Positions 56,471-64,000 of a stretch of 64,000 bases of DNA are shown here, piece after piece. The notes under the pieces are model-generated. The model made no database searches, had not been told where the DNA came from, and was given only the letters and a program-made list of their open reading frames with translations. This DNA is from an uncultured Bacillota bacterium (GTDB taxonomy: Bacteria > Bacillota_I > Bacilli_A > RFN20 > CAG-826): positions 279,812 through 343,811 of the forward strand of contig CASFDV010000002.1 of NCBI GenBank assembly GCA_949293555.1. Direction: 5' to 3'. How positions within the stretch are numbered: the first letter of the stretch is position 1; every line of letters starts with the position of its first letter. Both the position numbers and the translations under genes were made by a program.

Positions 56471-57652
56471 CTAGCGACGGAAGAGCGCCCTCTCCGAACG
56501 GAAGAGGCGGTCGGTGAGGAAGACGAGGAGGACGGTCGCCAGGAGGTTGACGATGATCGTGATCGCGAGATACGCCCAGGGAAGCGCCTCGCTCCGGATG
56601 ACGAGGGCCATGCAGGTGGTTACGTTGAGCACCGGGACGAAGGAGAAAGGCAACGCGCTCAGGTCGAGGAAGGCGCCGAAGACGGAGGCGAGGATCCCGA
56701 TGCTCAGGAAGGGGCCGATCCAGGAGTTCGCCTCCTTCACCGAACGCGCGAGGGTGGAAAGAAGGAAGCCGATGGCGAGGAAGAGGAAGAGCGCGGAGAA
56801 GATGATGAGGAGCACGGGGAAGACGAGTGCGGGCGAGAGGCCCGTCCCGCCCATGAGGAAGGGGAGGGAAAGGACGGTCCCGAGGAAGCTGATGGCCCCG
56901 GAAAGGAGCGACACCGTCCCGGCGGAGGCCATCTTGCCCCAGACGATCGTCCCCCGGGGGACGGGGGCGATGAGGAGCGCGGCGAGCGTCCCCCTTTCCT
57001 TTTCCCCGGCGATGGCCTCGGGGGTGAGGGAGCAGACGCTCGACATGAGGAGGGAAACGGTGATGAGAGGGAAGAGGAAGGAGATGAGCTGGTTGCCCTG
57101 GTAGTCGCCTTTCCCAAGGTTCCCGTCGATGGGGCCCTCCGGCCCCTGGTTCAGGAGATAGCCGTCGTAGGCGAGGGGGACGAGCTCAAGCATCAGGGCG
57201 TGCGCGTAGGTGGCCTTCTCGGAGGCCCCGTCGTAATAAAGGGCCAGCGAGGGGACGTCCGTGCGGTCGAAGAGGACGTCCTCGAAGGAAGGGGAATAGT
57301 CGAGGAAAAGGTCGTACTCCCCTTCGCCGACCTTGCCCATCGCCTCCTCGCGCTCCGCCCGGGGGACAGGGTGGAAGGAGGCGCGGTTTCCCTTCTGCTG
57401 ATCCTCGAGCGCGCTTTCGAACAGGGTCAGGAGCACTGGCTCTTCCCGTTCCTCGGAGAAATCTTCCATGTAGGCGATGGAGAAGGTCTCGCCTTCCGGG
57501 CTCCCGGAAAGCTCAAGCCCCTGGAGGGCGGTCCCCATGAGCGGGTAGATGACGAGGATGAGGATTCCGGGGAGGAAGAGCGCCAGGAGCATCCGCGGGT
57601 CGGTCAAATAGCGGCGGAGCTCCTTCCGGAAGATCGCAAGGAAGGCCTTCAT
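56471..57652 (-). CDS. ABC-2 permease, NatB-like
   Basis: IFRKELR, AGEKERGTL..LLIAPV.R..IVWGK, ARSVKEA. Confidence 0.88.
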   Translation of the reverse strand: MKAFLAIFRKELRRYLTDPRMLLALFLPGILILVIYPLMGTALQGLELSGSPEGETFSIAYMEDFSEEREEPVLLTLFESALEDQQKGNRASFHPVPRAEREEAMGKVGEGEYDLFLDYSPSFEDVLFDRTDVPSLALYYDGASEKATYAHALMLELVPLAYDGYLLNQGPEGPIDGNLGKGDYQGNQLISFLFPLITVSLLMSSVCSLTPEAIAGEKERGTLAALLIAPVPRGTIVWGKMASAGTVSLLSGAISFLGTVLSLPFLMGGTGLSPALVFPVLLIIFSALFLFLAIGFLLSTLARSVKEANSWIGPFLSIGILASVFGAFLDLSALPFSFVPVLNVTTCMALVIRSEALPWAYLAITIIVNLLATVLLVFLTDRLFRSERALFRR

Positions 57653-58413
57653 GATTCTCCCCTTTCCCCAAGGAGGTCGAAGAAGCTGTCCTCGAGGGAC
57701 TTCCCGGCCCGGATTTCATCAAGCGTCCCTTCCTTGACGAGCCGTCCTTCCAGGAGGACGCCGACGCGGTCGCAGAGCTTCTCGACGAGGGAGAAGATGT
57801 GGGTGGAGAGGAGGATCGTCCTTCCCTTTGTCCTGAGGGAACGAAGGAAGTCCTCGACCGCCTTCGCCCCAAGGATGTCGAGGCCGTTGGTCGGCTCGTC
57901 GAAGATCACGAGGTCCGGGTCGTTCACGAGGGCGAGGGCGAGGGAGGCCTTCTGCTTCATGCCGGTCGAAAGCGTCTCGATCTTCTTGTCCCGGAAAGGC
58001 GCGATCCCGAATTCCTGGAAGAGCCGTTCCTTTCGTTCCCTGGACTCTTCCTTCGGTATCCCGTGGAGCTCGCTCATGAAGTCGAAGAGATAGTCGGGGC
58101 TGAAGAATCCGTCCTGCTTCAGTTCTGCTGTAAGGAAGCCGATCTTAGAGCGATAACCCTTCAGATCCTCGTTGATATTTCGGTTTTCGTAGATGATCGA
58201 GCCTTCGTCCGGGGCGATAAGGGAGCCAATCATGCGAAGAGTCGTCGTCTTGCCCGCCCCGTTGGGGCCGAGGAGGCCGTATATCTCGCCTTTCCGGAGG
58301 GAAAGGGAGACACGGTCGACCGCGGTGAGGCATTCGCGTCCCGTCCTCCTCTCCTTCCTGGGGAGAGGGAAGCGCTTGGTGATGTCCTCCGTCCTAAGGA
58401 TGATTTCTGCCAT
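57649..58413 (-). CDS. ABC ATP-binding protein, NatA-like
   Basis: GPNGAGKTT, LSTGMKQK, IFDEPTNGLD, STH; start moved to MAEIIL. Confidence 0.9.
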   Translation of the reverse strand: MAEIILRTEDITKRFPLPRKERRTGRECLTAVDRVSLSLRKGEIYGLLGPNGAGKTTTLRMIGSLIAPDEGSIIYENRNINEDLKGYRSKIGFLTAELKQDGFFSPDYLFDFMSELHGIPKEESRERKERLFQEFGIAPFRDKKIETLSTGMKQKASLALALVNDPDLVIFDEPTNGLDILGAKAVEDFLRSLRTKGRTILLSTHIFSLVEKLCDRVGVLLEGRLVKEGTLDEIRAGKSLEDSFFDLLGERGES

Positions 58414-58454
58414 GGGTGTAGTGTAGCAAAGAAACCTCCAGGCAAAGGGGAGAC

Positions 58455-59738
58455 CTACTTTCCTTCGGCTTCCCTCAGAAGCCGACGGCACCAGGAAATT
58501 GAGGAATTGATTCTTCTTTTTGGTGTTCCGTCGTTAAGTTTGAAATTTGAGGAGATCAGACCAAAGGCGATTTTAACCGCTTCTTCCAATTCATCTTTGA
58601 GGATGCCGTTCATTAGGACCCGGATAGGTTCAACTGTCAGTATTCTTTTGGCTAGATCTTTCCAAAATTCAGAAGGCGACATGCTTATGATGGATTTCCC
58701 GTCTTGTGTCAGGTAATAGCGATGTTTGTCTCTTTTTATCAGAGAAAGGAATTCTAGAGAACTTAGATAGTAGTTCCCTTGCCGCCTTACATAGCCGATC
58801 GCTTTAGCTGCTTCCTCCCCAGTGATGCCTTCGCTTCCGATCTTGCGCAGCAAGTTCATAGCCAAATCGAGATTGTTCGCCTGAAGGAACGTGTTGGTAA
58901 TTGGTTGCCTCAGAGGCAGGGCAAGTGCCTCTTGGATGTCTGCCATCGAAAAGGGATGTTCTTCCTTCTGATGCCATCGCTCAGTCTTTACGAGGACGAG
59001 GGAATCGTATCGCCCGGGATCAGTAAAGTCATATTCCCAAAGCTGGTACACCCCGGAAAGATAGGTGATATATAGCGCCCGGATCCTCTTTCCTCCGAGC
59101 GTTCCTCCCGAGCGATAGCTGAGGAACGGATAGTAGAGCTGGCGGACCAGGAAGTCCTTGGGGAAGAAGTTCTTCGCCTCGACGAGGGTGATGGAAGAAG
59201 GGCCTTCCAAGGCGGCGTCGATCTCCATCTGCGCTCCCTGGACCCGGACTTCGTGGAGGACGTCCTTCGCCCTCGTGTCCCCGATGCGGTAGGAAAAGCT
59301 TCCTGACCCGAAGCGGCCGGGGTTCACGTAGCGGACTTCCTCCCCCAGGAAACGCGAGAAGACGCCGCTTGCGAAAAGCTGGCTGAGACGCTGGTCCTCC
59401 GTCCTGATGTTCTCCTCGTGGAGAAGAAGGCAGTCCGCGGGCGGCTCGAAGTAGGATACGGGCGGCTCCTTGCCCCTATCGAACTCCTTGTAGGCGCGGT
59501 AGGGGCCAATCGTCCATTCTGTCCGGGAAACAGGAAGGATCGCCAGGCCGTTTTCTTTGAAATTCACAGGAAGGTCGTTGCTTTCGTCGAACTTCGTCAT
59601 GAGGCGCGGCTCGCGGTAGGCGTGGATCTTATCCGCGCATATCCGGAAGGAGCCGTGCTCCTCGACGCTATCGAGGATGTCGAGCTCCTCGAAGAGGCGC
59701 TCCCAGGACTTCTCGGTCCCGAGCCTTCCCTCAGCCAT
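58455..59738 (-). CDS. Putative restriction endonuclease (PD-(D/E)XK core plus C-terminal winged-helix-like domain)
   Basis: REPRLMTKFD, QMEIDA...VEAKN, DFLVRQLYYP, RQGNYY; start overlaps the stop of the adenine methylase gene. Confidence 0.75.
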   Translation of the reverse strand: MAEGRLGTEKSWERLFEELDILDSVEEHGSFRICADKIHAYREPRLMTKFDESNDLPVNFKENGLAILPVSRTEWTIGPYRAYKEFDRGKEPPVSYFEPPADCLLLHEENIRTEDQRLSQLFASGVFSRFLGEEVRYVNPGRFGSGSFSYRIGDTRAKDVLHEVRVQGAQMEIDAALEGPSSITLVEAKNFFPKDFLVRQLYYPFLSYRSGGTLGGKRIRALYITYLSGVYQLWEYDFTDPGRYDSLVLVKTERWHQKEEHPFSMADIQEALALPLRQPITNTFLQANNLDLAMNLLRKIGSEGITGEEAAKAIGYVRRQGNYYLSSLEFLSLIKRDKHRYYLTQDGKSIISMSPSEFWKDLAKRILTVEPIRVLMNGILKDELEEAVKIAFGLISSNFKLNDGTPKRRINSSISWCRRLLREAEGK

Positions 59739-60569
59739 TCCCCTTCTCCCGGATCGCGAGCTCCACTACGTTGCCTCTTGAGGAGGAGGAAGCGGCCAGG
59801 CTCCTCCTGGCGGACACCTCGATAAGCTCGCACCAGCCTTCGTAGAGGGAGCGGACGAAAGGGGTGTCGCTATTGGACAAGAGGAAGCTTCCTCCCCTTT
59901 CCCGGAACCTCTTCAGGCACTCCGCGAGCCTTCTTTGGTCATCCTTCCCGAACCCGCCGTCCGTGTAGGAGACGAAGGCGCTCGTCTTGCTGATGGGGTC
60001 GTAGGGAGGGTCGAGATAAAGGAAGCAATCCGCCGGAAGCTTATCGATGAATGGCTCGAAATCCCTGCAGGAAAAGGAGATATCCGAGGATTTCAGGTAT
60101 TCGCTAAGGGCGCTCAGGCCTTCGATGTCCAGCACGCTCTTCCTTGCATGGCAATAAGGGACGTTGAACTCTCCTTTCCCGTTGAGGCGGTGGAGGCCGT
60201 TGAAGCATGTCTTGTTGAGATAAAGCGTCCTGGCCGCGCGGAACGTCCTGCCCAGGCTTTCCTTCGCCCCGGGGATCCTGTCGATGTCGCGGATCCGGTA
60301 GAAACTCTTTTCGTCCGTGTCCCATTTGGAAAGGAGGCGGATGAGACCCGGCAAGTCGTCGCGGATGGTCTCGTACAGATCGATCAGCTCAGGCTCGGCG
60401 TCATTGATGAGCGCCTTCTCTGGAGCGAGCTGGAATAGGATTCCACCCCCCCTACGAAGGCTTCCGAGTAGAAGGGGATGAGGTCGGGCATGAGGGGGCG
60501 GAGCCTCTTGTAGAGGGTCCTTTTCCCGCCCGCCCACTTCACCGGCGGCCTCAGCCCTTCCCTAGCCAT
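59731..60569 (-). pseudogene. dam: Dam-family DNA adenine methyltransferase, frameshifted in a G7 tract (60446-60452)
   Basis: N-terminal frame VKWAGGK...EAFVGG (60569-60384 ORF); C-terminal frame GILF...IND...YLNKTCFNGL...YLDPPY...LSNS; one extra G would join them as FVGGGGILF. Confidence 0.88.
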
Positions 60570-60571
60570 CG

Positions 60572-60611
60572 CCCGATCCTAGATCGGGTGGGGAAAGAGG
60601 GCAACCCGATC
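60572..60611 (-). promoter_or_regulatory. dam promoter carrying three CCCGATC copies
   Basis: Minus strand TTGCCC-N17-TAGGAT-N6-ATG; inverted repeat CCCGATC-CTA-GATCGGG (60572-60588) overlaps the -10; third copy at 60605-60611. Confidence 0.6.
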
Positions 60612-60655
60612 GCTATCCGTTGCCAAGGAAGCGGGGGAAGGATAACCTTCCCTCG

Positions 60656-61993
60656 ATGCAACGGATTGCCGGTGCGCTCAAGGACGCGCTCCACGTTCTC
60701 TTCCTCGGCGCGCTCATCGGCCTTTCCATCAGCACGTTCGGCCTTCTTTTCGAGCTCCTCGGGGAGCTTTCGATCGAGATGCACGCGAGCCGCGATCCCT
60801 ATGTGATCCTCGCGCAGATCATCATCACCCTCGTCGCTTCCTTCCTCTCCTATCAGGTCGTCAGGAGGGAGCCGATCGCCGAAGGCATCGAGGTGCCCCA
60901 CGTCCTCATGGCGATCCGCGGGGAAGAGGACATTTCCGGCTTCGGCAGGATCGGCGCGGTCGTCGGCGGGAGCTTCCTGACCGCGGTGACGGCGATCCCC
61001 CTCGGCCCCGAGGGGGCGGGCGGCCTTCTTTCCGGCCAGCTCGTGGTCTTCGGGCAAAGGCTGGACCGCCATAACGTCGGGAACCGCGGCGAGATCGCGA
61101 TGGGTCTTTCCGCCGGGTTCGGCGCCGCCTTCCTCGCGCCCTTGAGCGGCCTCATCTACGGCTTCGAGGAAGGCTGGCACCACTTCTCCTGGCGCCTTCT
61201 CTGGAAGGGGATCCTCATGTGCCTTTCCGCCTACCTTGTGAGCTACGCGGTGGAGACGGCCGCCGGGATGAAGCGCATCTTCGCCCTCGAGGGCCTCCTC
61301 TTCCCGGGATGGGGAAGCTTCTACATGCTCGCCTTCCTCTTCTTCCTCGTCCCTCCCCTCGTCTATCTCTTCTCCTGGCTCTTCCGGAAGCTGAACGCCT
61401 ACGTGAGGCTCAGGCGCGACCGCCTTCTCTTCCGTCTCCGCACGCCCGTCTTCTTCCTCCTCGTCATGGTGACGGGCTTCCTCTTCCCTTACGAGGCCGT
61501 CATCGGGAGCGGGCACGCGCTCGTGGAACATACCACGGGGATCGCCCTCTGGTGGAGCGCGCTCCTGTTCTTCGCCGTGCGCTTCCTCCTCACCATCGTC
61601 GGGGGGAACGCCGGCTCCACGGGCGGAATCGTCATTCCCTCGCTCGCCATGGGCGCGCTCCTTGGGCGGCTCGCCACCCTCCTCGCGGAAGAGTTCCTCG
61701 GGATGGATCCTTCCTATTCGCCTTTCTGGATCGTCTTCGCCTCCTGCTTCTTCCTCGCGACGCTCAACAAGGTCCCTCTGACCGCCGCGACCCTCCTTGG
61801 CTCCTCCCTCTTCTTCGTGACGGGGGACTGGCTCGGGGCGCTTCTTTCCGTCCTCGTCTCGCTTCCTGTCTACGCCCTCGCCTGCCTTCCCCTCTACCTC
61901 CATAAGGCCGAGGACCTCTACGACGGCCTCATCGAGATCGAGGAAGAGGCGCGCCACCTCCCCCATCTTCACGGGGTCCCTCTCGAAAACTAG
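60656..61993 (+). CDS. ClC-family chloride channel / H+/Cl- transporter (divergent)
   Basis: LGPEG, AGFGAAFLAPLSG.IYGFEE, GGIVIPSL..GA..G, PLTA; promoter TTGCCA-N17-TAACCT. Confidence 0.85.
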   Translation: MQRIAGALKDALHVLFLGALIGLSISTFGLLFELLGELSIEMHASRDPYVILAQIIITLVASFLSYQVVRREPIAEGIEVPHVLMAIRGEEDISGFGRIGAVVGGSFLTAVTAIPLGPEGAGGLLSGQLVVFGQRLDRHNVGNRGEIAMGLSAGFGAAFLAPLSGLIYGFEEGWHHFSWRLLWKGILMCLSAYLVSYAVETAAGMKRIFALEGLLFPGWGSFYMLAFLFFLVPPLVYLFSWLFRKLNAYVRLRRDRLLFRLRTPVFFLLVMVTGFLFPYEAVIGSGHALVEHTTGIALWWSALLFFAVRFLLTIVGGNAGSTGGIVIPSLAMGALLGRLATLLAEEFLGMDPSYSPFWIVFASCFFLATLNKVPLTAATLLGSSLFFVTGDWLGALLSVLVSLPVYALACLPLYLHKAEDLYDGLIEIEEEARHLPHLHGVPLEN

Positions 61994-62010
61994 GCGTCTT
62001 GCTTGGAAAG

Positions 62011-62027
62011 ATACCCCCGGAGGGTAT
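62011..62027. promoter_or_regulatory. CsoR operator
   Basis: ATACCC-CCGGA-GGGTAT palindrome directly upstream of csoR. Confidence 0.8.
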
Positions 62028-62038
62028 ATTTTTAGTTC

Positions 62039-62326
62039 ATGGACAAGCATAAGCGGACTCACCGGAGCGAAGAGGAGAAGAAATCGCTCGACCACCGCCT
62101 GGCCCGCATCGAAGGCCAGGTCGGCGGGGTCAGGAGGATGGTGGAGGAGGACCGCTACTGCGCCGACCTCCTTCTCCAGCTATCCGCGATCGAGCGCGCC
62201 GTCCGCTCCCTTGCCACCGAGATTCTCGAGAAGCACCTCCGCACCTGCGTGGTGAAGGAAGTGGAGGAAGAGGGCGCCGGGGCGATGGAAGAAGCCTATG
62301 AGCTCGTCAGGAGGTGGACGAGGTGA
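62039..62326 (+). CDS. csoR: Copper-sensing repressor CsoR
   Basis: RLARIEGQV.GV.RM...RYC...H...C ligand pattern. Confidence 0.9.
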   Translation: MDKHKRTHRSEEEKKSLDHRLARIEGQVGGVRRMVEEDRYCADLLLQLSAIERAVRSLATEILEKHLRTCVVKEVEEEGAGAMEEAYELVRRWTR

Positions 62327-64000
62327 GGAAGAAGTTCCTGGTCGAGGGGATGACCTGCGCCTCCTGCCAGGCCCATGTCGAGCGGGCCGTAGGGAAGCTC
62401 CCCGGGGTGAAGGAATGCCGCGTCTCCCTTCTTACAAACAGCATGGAGGTCGAATGGGAGGACGGAGCGATCCAGGAAGAGGACATCCTCCTCGCGGTCA
62501 GCCGGGGCGGCTACCGCGCGATTCCCGAAGGAGAAGGGAATAAGCCTGCAAAGCCCCTTCCAAATTCCAAGAAACACGGTTTCGACAAGGAACTGGGGAA
62601 GCTCATCGCGGGCATTTTCTTCCTCTTGCTCCTCATGTACGTCTCGATGGGCCCGATGATCGGGATCCCCCTTCCCGCCTTTCTCGACGGGGAGGAGAAC
62701 GCCCTCCTGAACGTCCTCCTCCAGGCGCTTCTCGCCGTCCCGTCCCTCATCCTTTTCGGGCATTACCTCAAGAACGGGATCCTCCGCCTCCTCCATCTGG
62801 AGCCGAACATGGATTCCCTTGTCGCGATCGGCTCCCTCGCCTCCCTCGTCTACGGGCTCTACGCGATCTTCCGGATGGCATATGGCCTCGGGCACGGGGA
62901 CATGGGCCCCGTTCACGACTACATGCATTCCCTCTACTTCGACTCCGCGGCGATGATCCTGACCTTCGTCTCGCTCGGGAAATACCTGGAGGGCCTTTCC
63001 AAAAGAAAAACGACCAAGGCGATCGAATCCCTGATGGACCTCGCCCCCAAGAAGGCCGTCGTCAGAAGGGACGGGGAAGAAAGGGAAATCCCCGTCGAGG
63101 AGGTGAGGAAAGGGGACATCCTCATCGTGAGGAAGGGGGCCCTCGTCCCCGTGGACGGAAAAATCATTTCCGGGCAGGGCTCCCTCATGGAGGCGAACAT
63201 CACCGGGGAGTCGATGCCGCGCCTGAAGGGGCCGGGGGAGACGGTCTATAGCAGCGCCATCCTCGAGGCAGGCTACCTCGAGGTCGAGGCGGAGAAGGTC
63301 GGGGAGGACACCTCCATCGAACAGATCATCCGCCTTGTGAAGGAGGCTTCCGACTCAAAGGCCCCGATCTCCCGCCTTGCCGATCGCATCTCCCTTTATT
63401 TCGTGCCCGCGGTCATCCTCCTCAGCCTCCTCGTCTTCCTCGGCTGGATCATCGCGACGGGCGACTTCGAGACGTCCTTCAACTTCGCGGTCTCGGTCCT
63501 TGTCATCGCCTGCCCATGCGCCCTCGGGCTCGCCACCCCGGTCGCCATCATGGTGTCCTCCGGGAAAGGCGCCCAGGCGGGGCTCCTCATCCGGAACGCC
63601 GAGATCCTCGAAAGGACGAGCTCCGTCGGGACCGTCCTCTTCGACAAGACGGGCACCATCACCGAGGGACGGATGAAGGTCACCGACTACATCCTCCTCG
63701 GGAAGGAGGATCCCTATCCTCTCCTCGCCGCCTTGGAAAGACGCTCCGAGCATCCTCTCGCCTCCTCGATCCTCGATTACCGCCCGGGGACGGAGGAACT
63801 TCCCGTCGAGGGCTTCGCCTCGCTGGACGGGGTCGGGCTCGCGGGGGTCGTGGAAGGGAGGAAGGTCCTCGCGGGGAACGCCCGCGCCTTCAAGGACGGC
63901 CTTCCCGGCTCCCTGGAGGAAGTCTCGACGCGCCTTTCTTCGGAAGGGAAGACGGTCCTCTACGTGCTCGTGGACGGGGAGGCGAAGGCCCTCCTCGCCC
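62323..64000 (+). CDS. copA: Copper-translocating P1B-type ATPase (3' end outside window; not in the ORF track)
   Basis: GTG 62323 overlaps the csoR stop; GMTCASC, PNMDSL, YFDS, TGES, ACPCALG, DKTGT all in one frame. Confidence 0.93.
   Translation, partial: MRKKFLVEGMTCASCQAHVERAVGKLPGVKECRVSLLTNSMEVEWEDGAIQEEDILLAVSRGGYRAIPEGEGNKPAKPLPNSKKHGFDKELGKLIAGIFFLLLLMYVSMGPMIGIPLPAFLDGEENALLNVLLQALLAVPSLILFGHYLKNGILRLLHLEPNMDSLVAIGSLASLVYGLYAIFRMAYGLGHGDMGPVHDYMHSLYFDSAAMILTFVSLGKYLEGLSKRKTTKAIESLMDLAPKKAVVRRDGEEREIPVEEVRKGDILIVRKGALVPVDGKIISGQGSLMEANITGESMPRLKGPGETVYSSAILEAGYLEVEAEKVGEDTSIEQIIRLVKEASDSKAPISRLADRISLYFVPAVILLSLLVFLGWIIATGDFETSFNFAVSVLVIACPCALGLATPVAIMVSSGKGAQAGLLIRNAEILERTSSVGTVLFDKTGTITEGRMKVTDYILLGKEDPYPLLAALERRSEHPLASSILDYRPGTEELPVEGFASLDGVGLAGVVEGRKVLAGNARAFKDGLPGSLEEVSTRLSSEGKTVLYVLVDGEAKALLA

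Overview
A GC-rich chromosomal segment of a Bacilli/Firmicutes-type bacterium, read in the standard code (TGA is a stop; AGG and CGG encode Arg). PolC, a cdaA-glmM-glmS cluster and several Mollicute-like gene families (MG284-like, MAG1210-like plus LemA, NERD) suggest an uncultured Erysipelotrichales/RFN20/RF39-like lineage; this placement is inference. Housekeeping genes include cdsA-dxr-rseP-polC, pgpA-cdaA-glmM-glmS-deoD, gltX, pyrG, gmk and acpP. The window also holds 14 dispersed tRNA genes (13 with C or G at the wobble position), a yybP-ykoY riboswitch ahead of a P-type ATPase, ion transporters, an ECF sigma/anti-sigma pair, two tandem acidic repeat lipoproteins, a Dam-type methylase/endonuclease pair and csoR-copA. 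Most interesting: (1) an eight-gene operon (36143-40780) placing an MG284-like regulator and two unknown exported proteins ahead of a minimal Tad/Flp pilus set, including an unannotated 56-aa pilin, directly upstream of acpP; (2) a dam gene frameshifted in a G7 tract, with GATC sites inside its own promoter; (3) about ten apparently leaderless genes; (4) a membrane-anchored acidic, proline-rich scaffold-like protein. No CRISPR array, rRNA, integrase or transposase was seen.
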